The translations under genes and the position numbers were made by a program. From positions 698,801 through 762,800 of the forward strand of contig BOKX01000001.1 of assembly GCA_016861205.1 (NCBI GenBank): a stretch of DNA of 64,000 nt. Reading direction: 5' to 3'. Shown one piece after another: positions 9,412-18,650 of the stretch. The stretch comes from Patescibacteria group bacterium. GTDB taxonomy: Bacteria; Patescibacteriota; Microgenomatia; UBA1400; PJMF01. How positions within the stretch are numbered: the stretch's first letter is position 1; every line of letters begins with the position of its first letter. The notes below the pieces were generated by a model. That model did no database searches, was not told the origin of the DNA, and saw only the letters and a list, made by a program, of their open reading frames with translations.

Positions 9412-9804
9412 TTGCTACAATTAACTATGCTGTTTTTCTTGTTTCTCGTAGTCACCACGCTTTTTTGGTTGGTTCCAGCCGTAATTGCCCTCAGCATCAT
9501 GTACTGGCCGCTGCTAACTTGGTTGAAATTCCGACGGCAAAAATTGAACAAAAAGGTTACCAAACAAGACAAAATCTGGCTCTTAGTTTTTTGTTTAGCA
9601 CTCTATCTACTGGTTGGCTGCTACTTTGCGTTTAACTTTTTGATTTTTCCCAACCGATTCGACCCAACCTATCTTGCATGGTTGCGAAGTAGTCCACCCT
9701 CAGAGTACCTTATGAACATCTTGCTCTGGCCCTTTTTGCTCGCTCAGACTTGGTACTTACGTTATCTTGATCCAGTATTTTTAGCCATCCTCCGTCAACG
9801 CTAG
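9412..9804 (+). CDS. Small membrane protein (hypothetical)
   Basis: 130-aa ORF with 3 TM helices. Confidence 0.4.
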   Translation: MLQLTMLFFLFLVVTTLFWLVPAVIALSIMYWPLLTWLKFRRQKLNKKVTKQDKIWLLVFCLALYLLVGCYFAFNFLIFPNRFDPTYLAWLRSSPPSEYLMNILLWPFLLAQTWYLRYLDPVFLAILRQR

Positions 9805-10256
9805 CCAACTCCAAAAGTGCTATCATAGTCCATGCAAAAAATTAAAATCGAGCAACACGCCCTGTGTGGTGGAGCGTGGTTTGCCGGCTGGTTATTCACC
9901 ATTGGCATCTTGGATCTCCATTTTTGGCAAGGTCTCTTAGGACTGGTGATCTGGCCCTACTACTTAGGTCGGGCACTGACTGGATTGATCTAGGCTCACT
10001 CATCACAAGCCATGAGCAATGAACTTGCCCTCCGCGACCAGTTACGAGCCGCACAGCGAGTAGCTTTGCCGCGCATTCCCAGCCCAACCGATACACAGTT
10101 GACCGTGGCATTTACTCTGAACACTTTGTCGGATCGTATTTAACTGACTTACCAAAGCTTGAGGGTGTCAGTTTTCTTGACCCATTTAAAGAAGCTAAAA
10201 CCAACGGTCAGAAACTAGCACTGCTCGATGTCGGGTGTGGCAACGGCAATTTTTTA

Positions 10257-10745
10257 ATGGAGATGCGACAGATGTTTGGCAACGCGCACACACTGCATGG
10301 GCTGAGTCTCTTTGCGTACCATGATCTTGATTTGGCTGAAGCGTATGATTTCCAAGTTCAGTTGAAACCAATTGAACAGTTTCACGCACGCAACCAGTAC
10401 GATGTCATCGTGGCAGAGCAGTCACTCAACTACAGCTACAATCCTTTAATCGCACTGAAACGAGTCTATGCGGCATTGAAACCTGAAGGTCTGGCGTTTT
10501 TGGCACCAGTGTCGTTACAGTTTGCAACACAATCTGACCAAGATACATGTTTTGAGTTTTTGCGAAACAACTATGGCATGCAGATCACCCCGAGTACAAA
10601 AGGCCTCGTTCACCCCAGCTGGGGCCTGGCATTTCGTAAAACACTTCCTTCACTTAAAATTCCCGTTCAGATCGCTAAATTGGTAGAAGCAGGGAATGAA
10701 TATCATCAAGTCACTCAAGCACAATATCAATTCAGGACTCACTAA
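10257..10745 (+). CDS. Class I SAM-dependent methyltransferase (N-terminus probably extends upstream via a non-ATG start)
   Basis: Motif I 'LDVGCGNG' is encoded in-frame immediately upstream of the first ATG (frame open back to about 10023). The post-I and motif II regions lie inside the ORF. Confidence 0.55.
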   Translation: MEMRQMFGNAHTLHGLSLFAYHDLDLAEAYDFQVQLKPIEQFHARNQYDVIVAEQSLNYSYNPLIALKRVYAALKPEGLAFLAPVSLQFATQSDQDTCFEFLRNNYGMQITPSTKGLVHPSWGLAFRKTLPSLKIPVQIAKLVEAGNEYHQVTQAQYQFRTH

Positions 10746-10781
10746 TGACACAATTTGCAAAAACGAGTATCGTAGAGAGAT

Positions 10782-11804
10782 ATGCCTCGCCGCTCCCGTG
10801 CCACCAAAACTCCTGCAGTTACTAAAACAGCCACTCGCAACTCGACCAAATCTGCTACACCGGCTGCTGCCACTGGCCACATTGCTGACATGGCTTTGCG
10901 AGCTTTAGCGATTTCGTGTGTTGTTGGTATTCACTTGTTGTCCGGCATACATAACTCACCGTACTGGAACTCATCGCCATTCCAAACCATCACAATTACC
11001 TATGACCAATTTGCTCGGTTGTGTGTGCCGTTGTTTGTGGCACTGTCTGGTTGGGGCTTGTGGCAAAAGTACCAGAAAACGGAGTTTAAACTGTGGGAGT
11101 TTTTCCAAAAACGTGTCTTTAAGCTCGTGCCACTCTACGCAGTCTGGACAGCTATTTTTATGCTCAGCTTTAGTTGGATTCCGGCCTGGCGACCTGGTGT
11201 GCCACAACCCAGTTTTCTCTACCAACTAATCTGGGGACGAGGTGATTATCACCTCTACTTCGTGCCGATGATTTTCCAGCTCTATTTAGCGTTTCCCATC
11301 ATCATGTGGTTGTACCGCCGCCAACCTTGGCTCGTTTTGTTCGTCGCCGCTATCGCTCAGGGTGCTTGGTACTGGTTCGCCGGTTTTCAACAACAGTTGC
11401 CCACTTTTCGCTACTTCCAAAGTGATCAGCAACAGTACATTTGGGCAGTTTCATGGATTTGGTACTTTGTACTTGGCATGACTTTGACACGCATTCATGC
11501 GGCGTATCAAAAACGACCAACCTTAGTTTGGCTGACTGCACTAGCTACGGGGTTGGGTTTCTGGTGGGCAGCTAGTAGTGCGCTGGGCGCAGTGCATGGT
11601 GGTCAAGATCCATTGATTGCCACCCGCTTTACCCGCTTCCCAGTGCTCGCCTATGCGACAGCCCTCATCCCGTTGCTGACCTGGCTAGCGCAAGGCCTCA
11701 AGTCTGCACCAAAGTGGGTGCTCCAAATTGGCAAACACTCGTACAGCATTTACCTTTCTCACACTTGGTTCTTGCGGTTGTTTTTTACCTGGTGGTATCG
11801 ATAA
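10782..11804 (+). CDS. Acyltransferase family 3 (OafA-like membrane O-acyltransferase)
   Basis: About 10 TM helices. N-terminal 'RALAISCVVGIH' resembles the AT3 conserved R...H motif. Confidence 0.6.
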   Translation: MPRRSRATKTPAVTKTATRNSTKSATPAAATGHIADMALRALAISCVVGIHLLSGIHNSPYWNSSPFQTITITYDQFARLCVPLFVALSGWGLWQKYQKTEFKLWEFFQKRVFKLVPLYAVWTAIFMLSFSWIPAWRPGVPQPSFLYQLIWGRGDYHLYFVPMIFQLYLAFPIIMWLYRRQPWLVLFVAAIAQGAWYWFAGFQQQLPTFRYFQSDQQQYIWAVSWIWYFVLGMTLTRIHAAYQKRPTLVWLTALATGLGFWWAASSALGAVHGGQDPLIATRFTRFPVLAYATALIPLLTWLAQGLKSAPKWVLQIGKHSYSIYLSHTWFLRLFFTWWYR

Positions 11805-11840
11805 ACTGCACCCGGCACATCCTCTATAAAATTAACTCAA

Positions 11841-12878
11841 TTGAGTTACAATGGGTTGGTGAACCAAGCTCGAGTCATTTGGTCTGTAATGCTAGCCTGT
11901 CTGCTGGCTTTGCTCTTGGGATGGTGGTTACTGCAGATTGAAACGCGGATTTCAGTAGCTGACCAATTGGTACCCACAACCCCGGTGCCCGTTGTCACTC
12001 CTTCGCCAACTCCCGTTTCTGCCAAAATTCTCTTTGGGGGTGATGTCATGCTCGACCGCTCGATTCGTCAAAGTTTAGACAAGCATGGCGCAAACTTTGT
12101 TCTCGAACCACTGCGGTCGGTGATAGCTGAGTATGATCTGGTAGTCGCTAATCTTGAGGGTCCAATCACGCCGAACCCCTCCCGCAGTGTCAACTCAGAA
12201 ATTGGTTCAACCAGTAACTATATTTTCACTTTCGATCCTGCCGTCGTACCAATGTTGGCCGAGTTTAAACTCTTGATGCTCAACCTTGGCAATAACCATA
12301 TTAACAACTTTGGTACCGCTGGAGCGACCAGCACCAAAACCTACCTTAGCCAAGGTGGGATTGGTTTTTTTGGCAACACCAATCATGAGCAAAACAGTGC
12401 GGAGCGGGTTGCTTTTTCTGAGGTACACGGTATTCAAATTGCCTGGGTAAACTATAATCAGTTTGTACTGAGCGGACTAGAAGCTGCTCTGGATGACATC
12501 TCTTGGGCTAGACCTCAAGCTGATGTGGTCATCATGGTGGCTCACTGGGACAACGAGTACGCTGCGAACCCCGCCAACGTTACGGAGCAAACGGCCGCCC
12601 GATTCATTGACGCTGGTGTTGACCTCGTCATCGGTGCCCATCCACATGTTGTTCAACCTTGGGCTGAGTATCGCGGAAAACGAATTTACTACTCGCTCGG
12701 CAACTTTGTCTTCGACCAATACTTTCAACCTGAAACACAACGAGGATTGTTAGTCGGTGTAGAAATACATCCAGACCTAACGCTCACGTTTACTGAAATC
12801 CCTATCCAGTTACGACCAAACGGGCAGACACACCTCGCACCGGCCACTACCGTCGGAGTACCTGCCAACCGCCCCTAA
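11841..12878 (+). CDS. CapA/PgsA-family metallophosphatase-fold protein
   Basis: Motifs GGDVMLDR, ANLEGP, NLGNNH, AHWDNEY, GAHPHV, SLGNFVFDQ. N-terminal membrane anchor. Confidence 0.8.
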   Translation: MSYNGLVNQARVIWSVMLACLLALLLGWWLLQIETRISVADQLVPTTPVPVVTPSPTPVSAKILFGGDVMLDRSIRQSLDKHGANFVLEPLRSVIAEYDLVVANLEGPITPNPSRSVNSEIGSTSNYIFTFDPAVVPMLAEFKLLMLNLGNNHINNFGTAGATSTKTYLSQGGIGFFGNTNHEQNSAERVAFSEVHGIQIAWVNYNQFVLSGLEAALDDISWARPQADVVIMVAHWDNEYAANPANVTEQTAARFIDAGVDLVIGAHPHVVQPWAEYRGKRIYYSLGNFVFDQYFQPETQRGLLVGVEIHPDLTLTFTEIPIQLRPNGQTHLAPATTVGVPANRP

Positions 12879-13833
12879 TGGTTCCCCACATAACTGCTAC
12901 ATCACTGGTGAGCTGCAAAATTGGCAGCCAATACTGGCCCGCGGCAACATCTGCCGCGTGTTTCCACCAACTCCATACAATGTACCCGACCGACGCGATC
13001 ATGAACCCAACTCCCAACCAAGTGTTCCCCGTTACTACGTAGGTTATAAGCCAAACCAGGGCAATCACGTAGCGGCCGAAAATTGCCGCCACTTTTGGTC
13101 GCCATAAACCGGCCCGCACATCGCCAGTCGCGAAAGCCGCGATCATTTGCAAAAACTCGGCCAGATTCCGGCGTGGCCGCCACTTCACGATGGCTTTTTG
13201 ATTAAAGCTAAACTGCAGTTGCGGGTGAGTTGTTTTGCTCAATTGCCACAAGGTTCGCGCCAACCAGTAATCCTCACTCACCAACAAATGCTCCGGAAAT
13301 CCTCCCACCAACTGCCAAGCCCGTCGATCAATCAGCATCGATCGTGAAGCTGGCAAGAAGTGCTGCGGATTAACTCGGCTGGGCATCACCAACGCAAAAG
13401 GTAACTCAGCCGCTTCAAACGCGGTCTTGGCTTGACCTTGATAGTACCCAGCCACCACCGGCCAGTGCGAGGCGGCTGCGATATCTTGCGCCGTTTGAAC
13501 CAACTCTGCTAGCCACTCTTTCACCGGCACACAACCGGCATCAGTGATAGCTAACCACTCCGCAGCCGTGTTCTGAATCGCTAGGTTGCGACCTTGGCTT
13601 CGGTTCCCGGACTGTTGCACAACTTTGAGAACCAACTTCGGAAACTGCTGCTTGGCTGTTTGCAACCACTCAAAAGTCCCATCACTCGAACCCGCGTCAA
13701 CGATCACCACTTCATCAGGCTGCAGAGTTTGTTGGCTCAAACCAGTTAGCAACGCTGCAATACTGGTGCGCTCATTCAACACCGTTGCGATAACGGCTAC
13801 TTTGGGATGCGGCGAACGTGTCTGTTTAGACAT
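12847..13833 (-). CDS. Glycosyltransferase family 2
   Basis: 'VAVIATVLNE...VIVDAGSSDGT' GT-A signature. Start set at the MSKQ ATG, overlapping the upstream GT4 stop (operon coupling). Confidence 0.75.
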   Translation of the reverse strand: MSKQTRSPHPKVAVIATVLNERTSIAALLTGLSQQTLQPDEVVIVDAGSSDGTFEWLQTAKQQFPKLVLKVVQQSGNRSQGRNLAIQNTAAEWLAITDAGCVPVKEWLAELVQTAQDIAAASHWPVVAGYYQGQAKTAFEAAELPFALVMPSRVNPQHFLPASRSMLIDRRAWQLVGGFPEHLLVSEDYWLARTLWQLSKTTHPQLQFSFNQKAIVKWRPRRNLAEFLQMIAAFATGDVRAGLWRPKVAAIFGRYVIALVWLITYVVTGNTWLGVGFMIASVGYIVWSWWKHAADVAAGQYWLPILQLTSDVAVMWGTIRGGWQVLRR

Positions 13834-14875
13834 GTCGACTCCATAACTCCAAGTACAGCTCTGCCACTTTGGCCCAAGTTTGTTGCCGCGCCCAAGCAGC
13901 TGCCAACTTAACATGAGCTTGCTCAGTCGGACTGGGATGCAGCCAGCTGGTAATACATTGGGCGATAGCCGCTGGTTGCGACTCTGCCCGGAGCCAATGT
14001 GAGCCAGGATAGGTTTGCAAGTAGCGTTCTTTCAGTGGCAAACTGTAGGCTGAAATGACCGGTTTGCCCATCGCTTGAGCCTCCAAAATACTTAGGTATG
14101 AACTGGCTAAGACAACATCAGCCTTCTGCAGCTGCGAAGTTGGATTATCTATCCAACCTGTCACTGTCCCAAATTCCTCACACTGCGGCCGCCAGCTACC
14201 GTCGCCGACCCAGGTCACACTGACTGGCACATGTTGGTCTCGCAGCAAACGCAACGCGGTCAAGTAGCTATCGATGTCGTTGTCTGCCTCTAATCGCCCC
14301 ACAAAAGTCACTCGCAGCTTTGTACGAGAACTGGGCCACCGCGGCAAGGGCAGCGAATCCGACACCCCACCATACGTCACCAAATCTGGTCGATCCCAAT
14401 AGAACTCTTGAATCCAAGCTCCCACATGAACACTGCCACGGGCAATCGTGTTCAAAAACCATCGCTGGACTTTGGCTGTGGTTGGGATTGGCCATGTAGT
14501 TTCCCAACCGTGAAAAGTGATAAACAGTTTCGGGCGAACCAGCCACCAAACTGGCAGCAACCACCAACCAACATCGTGAACCTGAATCACATCCGCACTG
14601 TGCAGGAGTTCGCGGTGCTGCCACCACCAGCGCCAAATGGTCAGTTTGTACCGCCAACTTGTTTGGTTGAGCACGGCTGACGGTAGCCGTACAATGGTTT
14701 GCCCTTGCCAAGTTTCTTGCTCGGGAGCCTGGTCAGTTTCAGGTTGTGTCACCACTGTGACCCGGTGACCAGCGGCGATCAATGCTCGGCTAACTTCGCC
14801 CACATGTGTTTCCACCCCACCGCGATGGGGCCAGTAGTGGGCAGCTAGGTGCACAATCTGCATACTTGAACTCAC
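13826..14875 (-). CDS. Glycosyltransferase family 4 (GT-B)
   Basis: N-terminal 'HYWPHRGGVETHV' and C-terminal 'EAQAMGKPVI' GT4 signatures. Confidence 0.7.
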   Translation of the reverse strand: MSSSMQIVHLAAHYWPHRGGVETHVGEVSRALIAAGHRVTVVTQPETDQAPEQETWQGQTIVRLPSAVLNQTSWRYKLTIWRWWWQHRELLHSADVIQVHDVGWWLLPVWWLVRPKLFITFHGWETTWPIPTTAKVQRWFLNTIARGSVHVGAWIQEFYWDRPDLVTYGGVSDSLPLPRWPSSRTKLRVTFVGRLEADNDIDSYLTALRLLRDQHVPVSVTWVGDGSWRPQCEEFGTVTGWIDNPTSQLQKADVVLASSYLSILEAQAMGKPVISAYSLPLKERYLQTYPGSHWLRAESQPAAIAQCITSWLHPSPTEQAHVKLAAAWARQQTWAKVAELYLELWSRHV

Positions 14876-15705
14876 TTTTTTTGCCGACCAATTGGCTTAC
14901 GTGCAATGATTTGAATGTCGGCTGCACCCGCAACTTTGGCGGATAATCGGTCAAACCAATGAAACAGCGGCACCAAAGGACCGCGAATACCTTTGATCAA
15001 AATCCCCAACGGCGACGTAAACAAAATGTTTCGCAGCGGACCTTCCACTGCTCGTTGGTACTCAACTTCAAAACCCGCTTCCGTGACGAGCTTCACGATC
15101 TGCGCGACTGTGTAGCGGCGCACATGCCCAACGGCTTGGTCAAAGTGGCGATAATAACCCAAGTGATACAGCCACAACTCCCGACTGGGAGTAGTTAACA
15201 CCAGTTGTCCACCTGGTTTAAGTTGTGTCCAAATCAGATCCAACAGTTTTTGATCATCAGGCACGTGTTCAATAACTTCCGAACACAAGACTAGATCGTA
15301 CTTCCCTTTGCCGGAGTGTAACTCACCCACCCGAAAGGTGACGTTGTCTAAGTCTAGCGACTGAGCCGCGTTGGTAGCGATCCCAATTGCCCGTGGTGAA
15401 ACATCCAAACCTTGCACTTTGGCACCTTTATGAGCCAGCCACAGACTCAATGTACCCACACCACAACCGACATCCAAAATGTCTAACCCCTGGTACTGCT
15501 GTGGTAAGCAAGCTTGGTGCAAGAGTTCAAAGATATAAAAGTAAGTAAAGTTATTCACTCCAATGAGCTTGTTAAATCGATCATTTTGTCGGTGATAGTG
15601 GTCGTAAAAAGCTTGTCGAGTAGCCATGGAAGGAGCATACATGAAGGCAACCGTTTTAGCCAGTTTGAGCTTGGGGTTGTGGCTGGGAGTGGCCGGCTGG
15701 CCCAC
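14872..15705 (-). CDS. Class I SAM-dependent methyltransferase
   Basis: Motif I 'LDVGCGVGT', with acidic motif II and a 'KPGG' post-II region. Alternative start at 15627 (MATRQ...) would remove the divergent overlap with the next gene. Confidence 0.75.
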   Translation of the reverse strand: MGQPATPSHNPKLKLAKTVAFMYAPSMATRQAFYDHYHRQNDRFNKLIGVNNFTYFYIFELLHQACLPQQYQGLDILDVGCGVGTLSLWLAHKGAKVQGLDVSPRAIGIATNAAQSLDLDNVTFRVGELHSGKGKYDLVLCSEVIEHVPDDQKLLDLIWTQLKPGGQLVLTTPSRELWLYHLGYYRHFDQAVGHVRRYTVAQIVKLVTEAGFEVEYQRAVEGPLRNILFTSPLGILIKGIRGPLVPLFHWFDRLSAKVAGAADIQIIARKPIGRQKK

Positions 15706-17230
15706 GCAGGCAGTGGCAGCGCCTGTGTTTCAAGATGACTTCAGTCAAGGTTTTTCCAAATGGGAAACCACCCGCACTCGACCTGAACTTTGGAAAGTCG
15801 TAGACGAGCAAGCTGAAGCCTATATCACCACTCGCTCCACTGTTATCGAGATGGTACCCAAAACCGAGTACTGGAACTCACGTTGGCAGAATATTGAGTA
15901 TGAACTTGATTACACACCGCTCGAAGGTAGTGATAAAAATATCTCTTTTGGCTTCGAAAACCTGGCCAACTGGTACGAGTTTCACTTCGTGGACAGTTTT
16001 TACAACTTGGTCCGGGTCCTGAATGGCTCGACGCCCTTCAGCATCAACCGGCCGTTCACTATGATTAATGGTCAAACCTACCGCGTAAAAATCAGGTTTA
16101 ACAGTGGTTTGATCTCGATCTGGATTAATGGTGAGTTGGTTGGTGAAGAGTACGATCCAACCTTTAATCAAAACTACGGCAAAATCGGCATCAAAGCCGG
16201 AACCGGAGCTGTCGCTCCTACTCGCGTTCGATTTGACAACATCTCAGTGACTGAGCTGACCGAACCCACTGCCCCAGCACAAGTGACACTCTTCAAACAG
16301 AGTGATCCTCTCTGGGCTGAGCAGGAGTACGACTCGGCTACCCGCTGGAGTCAGAACCCCACCATCCGTCGCTGGGGCTGCGCCCTGACTAGCATGGCCA
16401 TGATCTTACGCTATCACGGTCTGACGCAACTACCTGACGGTAGTGATCTAACCCCAGCCACACTGAATGCATGGCTAAAAAGCCAAGCTGACGGATACCT
16501 AGGCGAAGGCGCCCTCAACTGGCTAGCCGTGACTCGGTTGACCAAGCAACTCAGTGACCAGCAGGGCACGCCTGCTCTTGAGTATCGAGCAGTCAGTGGC
16601 AGCGACTTGGCAACGGCTCAGCAAGAAATTTCGGCCCAAAAACCAGTCGTGCTACAACTACCTGGTCACTTCGTGGTCGGTGATACGGTGCTGCCAGCTG
16701 ATATTGGCATCAAAGACCCTGCCTATACCTTCACTCAGCTCTCACAGCATCGGACACCAATTCTCTCAACCCGCACCTTTCAACCCAGCCACACTGACCT
16801 GAGCTATCTGCTGTTCTTGCACGACCCAGAACTCCAGCTCACGATCACTGATGAGTCGGGCCAAACAGTGGCTCAAACTCGGCTGACTGAACAACTGCGT
16901 GACCCAGTCACTGGGCGGCAAACTCGATCTCTCACCCAAACACTGGTGGCTCAGCCGCGGGCTGGAACCTATCGGATTGCGGTCAACGCCCAGCGCTCAC
17001 AAACCTACACTCTGCAAGCTTGGGTGTATGACCCAGCTGGCCAACCAACCCGACTCAGTCACAGTGGAGTGACGAGTCAAAAAGGTGACAAGCTTGAGTT
17101 ACTCGTTAACTACGAGTCAGCAGCGCCCCGTCAGCACCGGAGTCAGTTGCGAGCTGTGCCCAGCAAAAAACTGCCAAGGTTTTGGTGGCCACATTGGTAC
17201 TGGGCACAGTACTTGAAACACCGTCGCTAA
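15641..17230 (+). CDS. Secreted multidomain protein: lectin/GH16-like beta-sandwich domain plus C39-like (papain-fold) cysteine peptidase domain
   Basis: AAGGAG SD 5 nt before the ATG. Signal peptide present. N-terminal domain is ConA/DUF1080-like. 'RWGCALTSMAMILRYHG' is a C39-like catalytic Cys motif. C-terminal beta-rich region. Confidence 0.55.
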   Translation: MKATVLASLSLGLWLGVAGWPTQAVAAPVFQDDFSQGFSKWETTRTRPELWKVVDEQAEAYITTRSTVIEMVPKTEYWNSRWQNIEYELDYTPLEGSDKNISFGFENLANWYEFHFVDSFYNLVRVLNGSTPFSINRPFTMINGQTYRVKIRFNSGLISIWINGELVGEEYDPTFNQNYGKIGIKAGTGAVAPTRVRFDNISVTELTEPTAPAQVTLFKQSDPLWAEQEYDSATRWSQNPTIRRWGCALTSMAMILRYHGLTQLPDGSDLTPATLNAWLKSQADGYLGEGALNWLAVTRLTKQLSDQQGTPALEYRAVSGSDLATAQQEISAQKPVVLQLPGHFVVGDTVLPADIGIKDPAYTFTQLSQHRTPILSTRTFQPSHTDLSYLLFLHDPELQLTITDESGQTVAQTRLTEQLRDPVTGRQTRSLTQTLVAQPRAGTYRIAVNAQRSQTYTLQAWVYDPAGQPTRLSHSGVTSQKGDKLELLVNYESAAPRQHRSQLRAVPSKKLPRFWWPHWYWAQYLKHRR

Positions 17231-17248
17231 CGTCGACTTGCTTCGGCC

Positions 17249-18331
17249 ATGTATACTAGAAGCTCGATGAATAGCACTTTTTGGACCAAACTAGCCCGCC
17301 CAATCATTGGTTTGTCACCCATGGATGGGGTGACCGATCAGCCGTACCGGCAGATACAAAAAAAGTATGGTCAGCCAGCTTTGATTTACACGGAGTTCAC
17401 CAGTGTCGAAGGCCTGTGTCACGGAGCGGAACGCTTGCTCAAAGAGTTTCTTTTTGACGAAACCCAACGACCGGTGATTGGCCAGATTTACGGAAGTACC
17501 CCCGAGTACTTTCGCCAAGCTGCCATTTTGTTGTGCGAGCTGGGCTTTGATGGCATCGATATCAATATGGGTTGCCCCGCCAAAAATGTCGCCCATTCAG
17601 GCGCCGGGGCCGCGTTGATAAAAACACCTCACCTAGCTCAAGATATTATTCGGGCTGTTAAAACTGGTATCGCCGAGTGGCAGTCTGGTCAAACAACCGC
17701 CGACTGTCCCGACATTATTCCCAGCATCACGGCCGAGGTGGCCAGACGAAAAGCCCTGTTACCGACGGAGTATCAAACCACCCGACCGGTACCTGTCAGC
17801 GTTAAAACCCGAGTCGGTTACGACCAACCGGTGATTGCAGACTGGATTCCCACGCTATTGGAAATGGAACCAGCTACCATCGCGCTACACGGTCGGACCC
17901 TCAAACAACACTACGGTGGCGTGGCCAACTGGGAGTACATCGGCCAAGCGGCTGAGCTGGCCCACCAAACCTCTACCTTGCTGGTGGGCAATGGTGATGT
18001 CAGTTCCTACGAAGATGCGTTGCAAAAGTGTCAGACCTATCACTTAGACGGTGCCTTGATTGGCCGAGCCAGCTTTGGGAATCCCTATGTGTTTCAACCA
18101 GCCGATCAAACTCCGGCTTCGCCGACCCGTTTTCAAATTGCGCTCGAACACGCACAGCTGTTTGAACAAACGTTTAGTCATGATGAACGTTACAACTTTT
18201 TGCCGATGCGCAAGCATCTGGGTTGGTACGTCCGGGAAGTCGCGAACGCCAGTCAAATTCGAGTGGAGTTGTTTCAAACCAACACCAGCCAGGAAGTGGC
18301 GACTATCCTAAACCACCATGGCTTGTTATAA
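17249..18331 (+). CDS. tRNA-dihydrouridine synthase (Dus family)
   Basis: 'PMDGVTD' and 'IDINMGCP' FMN/TIM-barrel Dus motifs. Likely start at MNSTF (17267). Confidence 0.8.
   Translation: MYTRSSMNSTFWTKLARPIIGLSPMDGVTDQPYRQIQKKYGQPALIYTEFTSVEGLCHGAERLLKEFLFDETQRPVIGQIYGSTPEYFRQAAILLCELGFDGIDINMGCPAKNVAHSGAGAALIKTPHLAQDIIRAVKTGIAEWQSGQTTADCPDIIPSITAEVARRKALLPTEYQTTRPVPVSVKTRVGYDQPVIADWIPTLLEMEPATIALHGRTLKQHYGGVANWEYIGQAAELAHQTSTLLVGNGDVSSYEDALQKCQTYHLDGALIGRASFGNPYVFQPADQTPASPTRFQIALEHAQLFEQTFSHDERYNFLPMRKHLGWYVREVANASQIRVELFQTNTSQEVATILNHHGLL
18322..18330 (+). promoter_or_regulatory. Extended -10 element TGTTATAAT upstream of the tRNA-Val locus
   Basis: TGnTATAAT match ending about 11 nt before the first tRNA-like sequence. 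No clear -35. Confidence 0.3.
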
Positions 18332-18341
18332 TACGTCTCGA

Positions 18342-18388
18342 GGTCGCATAGTCTCAGTTGGTTAGAGCGCTCGATTCACATTCGAGAG
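18342..18388 (+). pseudogene. 5' half of a disrupted tRNA-Val(CAC) gene (acceptor/D-arm/anticodon arm)
   Basis: GGTCGCA-TA-G(T)CTC-AGTTGGTTA-GAGC-G-CTCGA-TTCACAT-TCGAG-AG, then non-tRNA sequence. The matching 3' half is at 24976-25003. Confidence 0.7.
18378..18388 (+). repeat. Direct repeat ACATTCGAGAG (left junction / att core)
   Basis: An identical 11-mer recurs at 24965-24975, directly abutting the tRNA 3' half. Confidence 0.7.
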
Positions 18389-18458
18389 TTCGAACACTCC
18401 ACCCACATTCGTGAGTCCGAGTACTGAGGCAATGCAGCCAAGAGTCAAAAAAGAATGA

Positions 18459-18535
18459 GGTCAATTAGCTCAGTTGGTTAGAGCGCGCGATTCACATTCG
18501 CGAGGTCACAAGTTCGAGTCTTGTATTGACCACCA
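18459..18535 (+). tRNA. tRNA-Val (anticodon CAC), element-borne intact copy
   Basis: GGTCAAT acceptor, D-loop AGTTGGTTA, anticodon loop TTCACAT, T-loop TTCGAGT, CCA encoded. Differs from the split host copy by compensatory stem changes. Confidence 0.85.
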
Positions 18536-18650
18536 TGTAGGGAAACAAACTAGCCCCTACGAGTTGAGAAAGGAGGAAGTATGCCTTTTTTCTCACGCCT
18601 AAGCGGAAGGCAACCTCGGTGAAACACAACGAGCTCTGCTCCGCACCTGT

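Noticed and set aside
18342-18440. Interpreting the first tRNA-like sequence as an intron-containing or long-variable-arm tRNA
   Set aside because: No acceptor 3' strand or T-arm could be found downstream within 120 nt, whereas the exact complement lies at 24994-25000 next to an 11-bp repeat. The split-gene explanation fits better.
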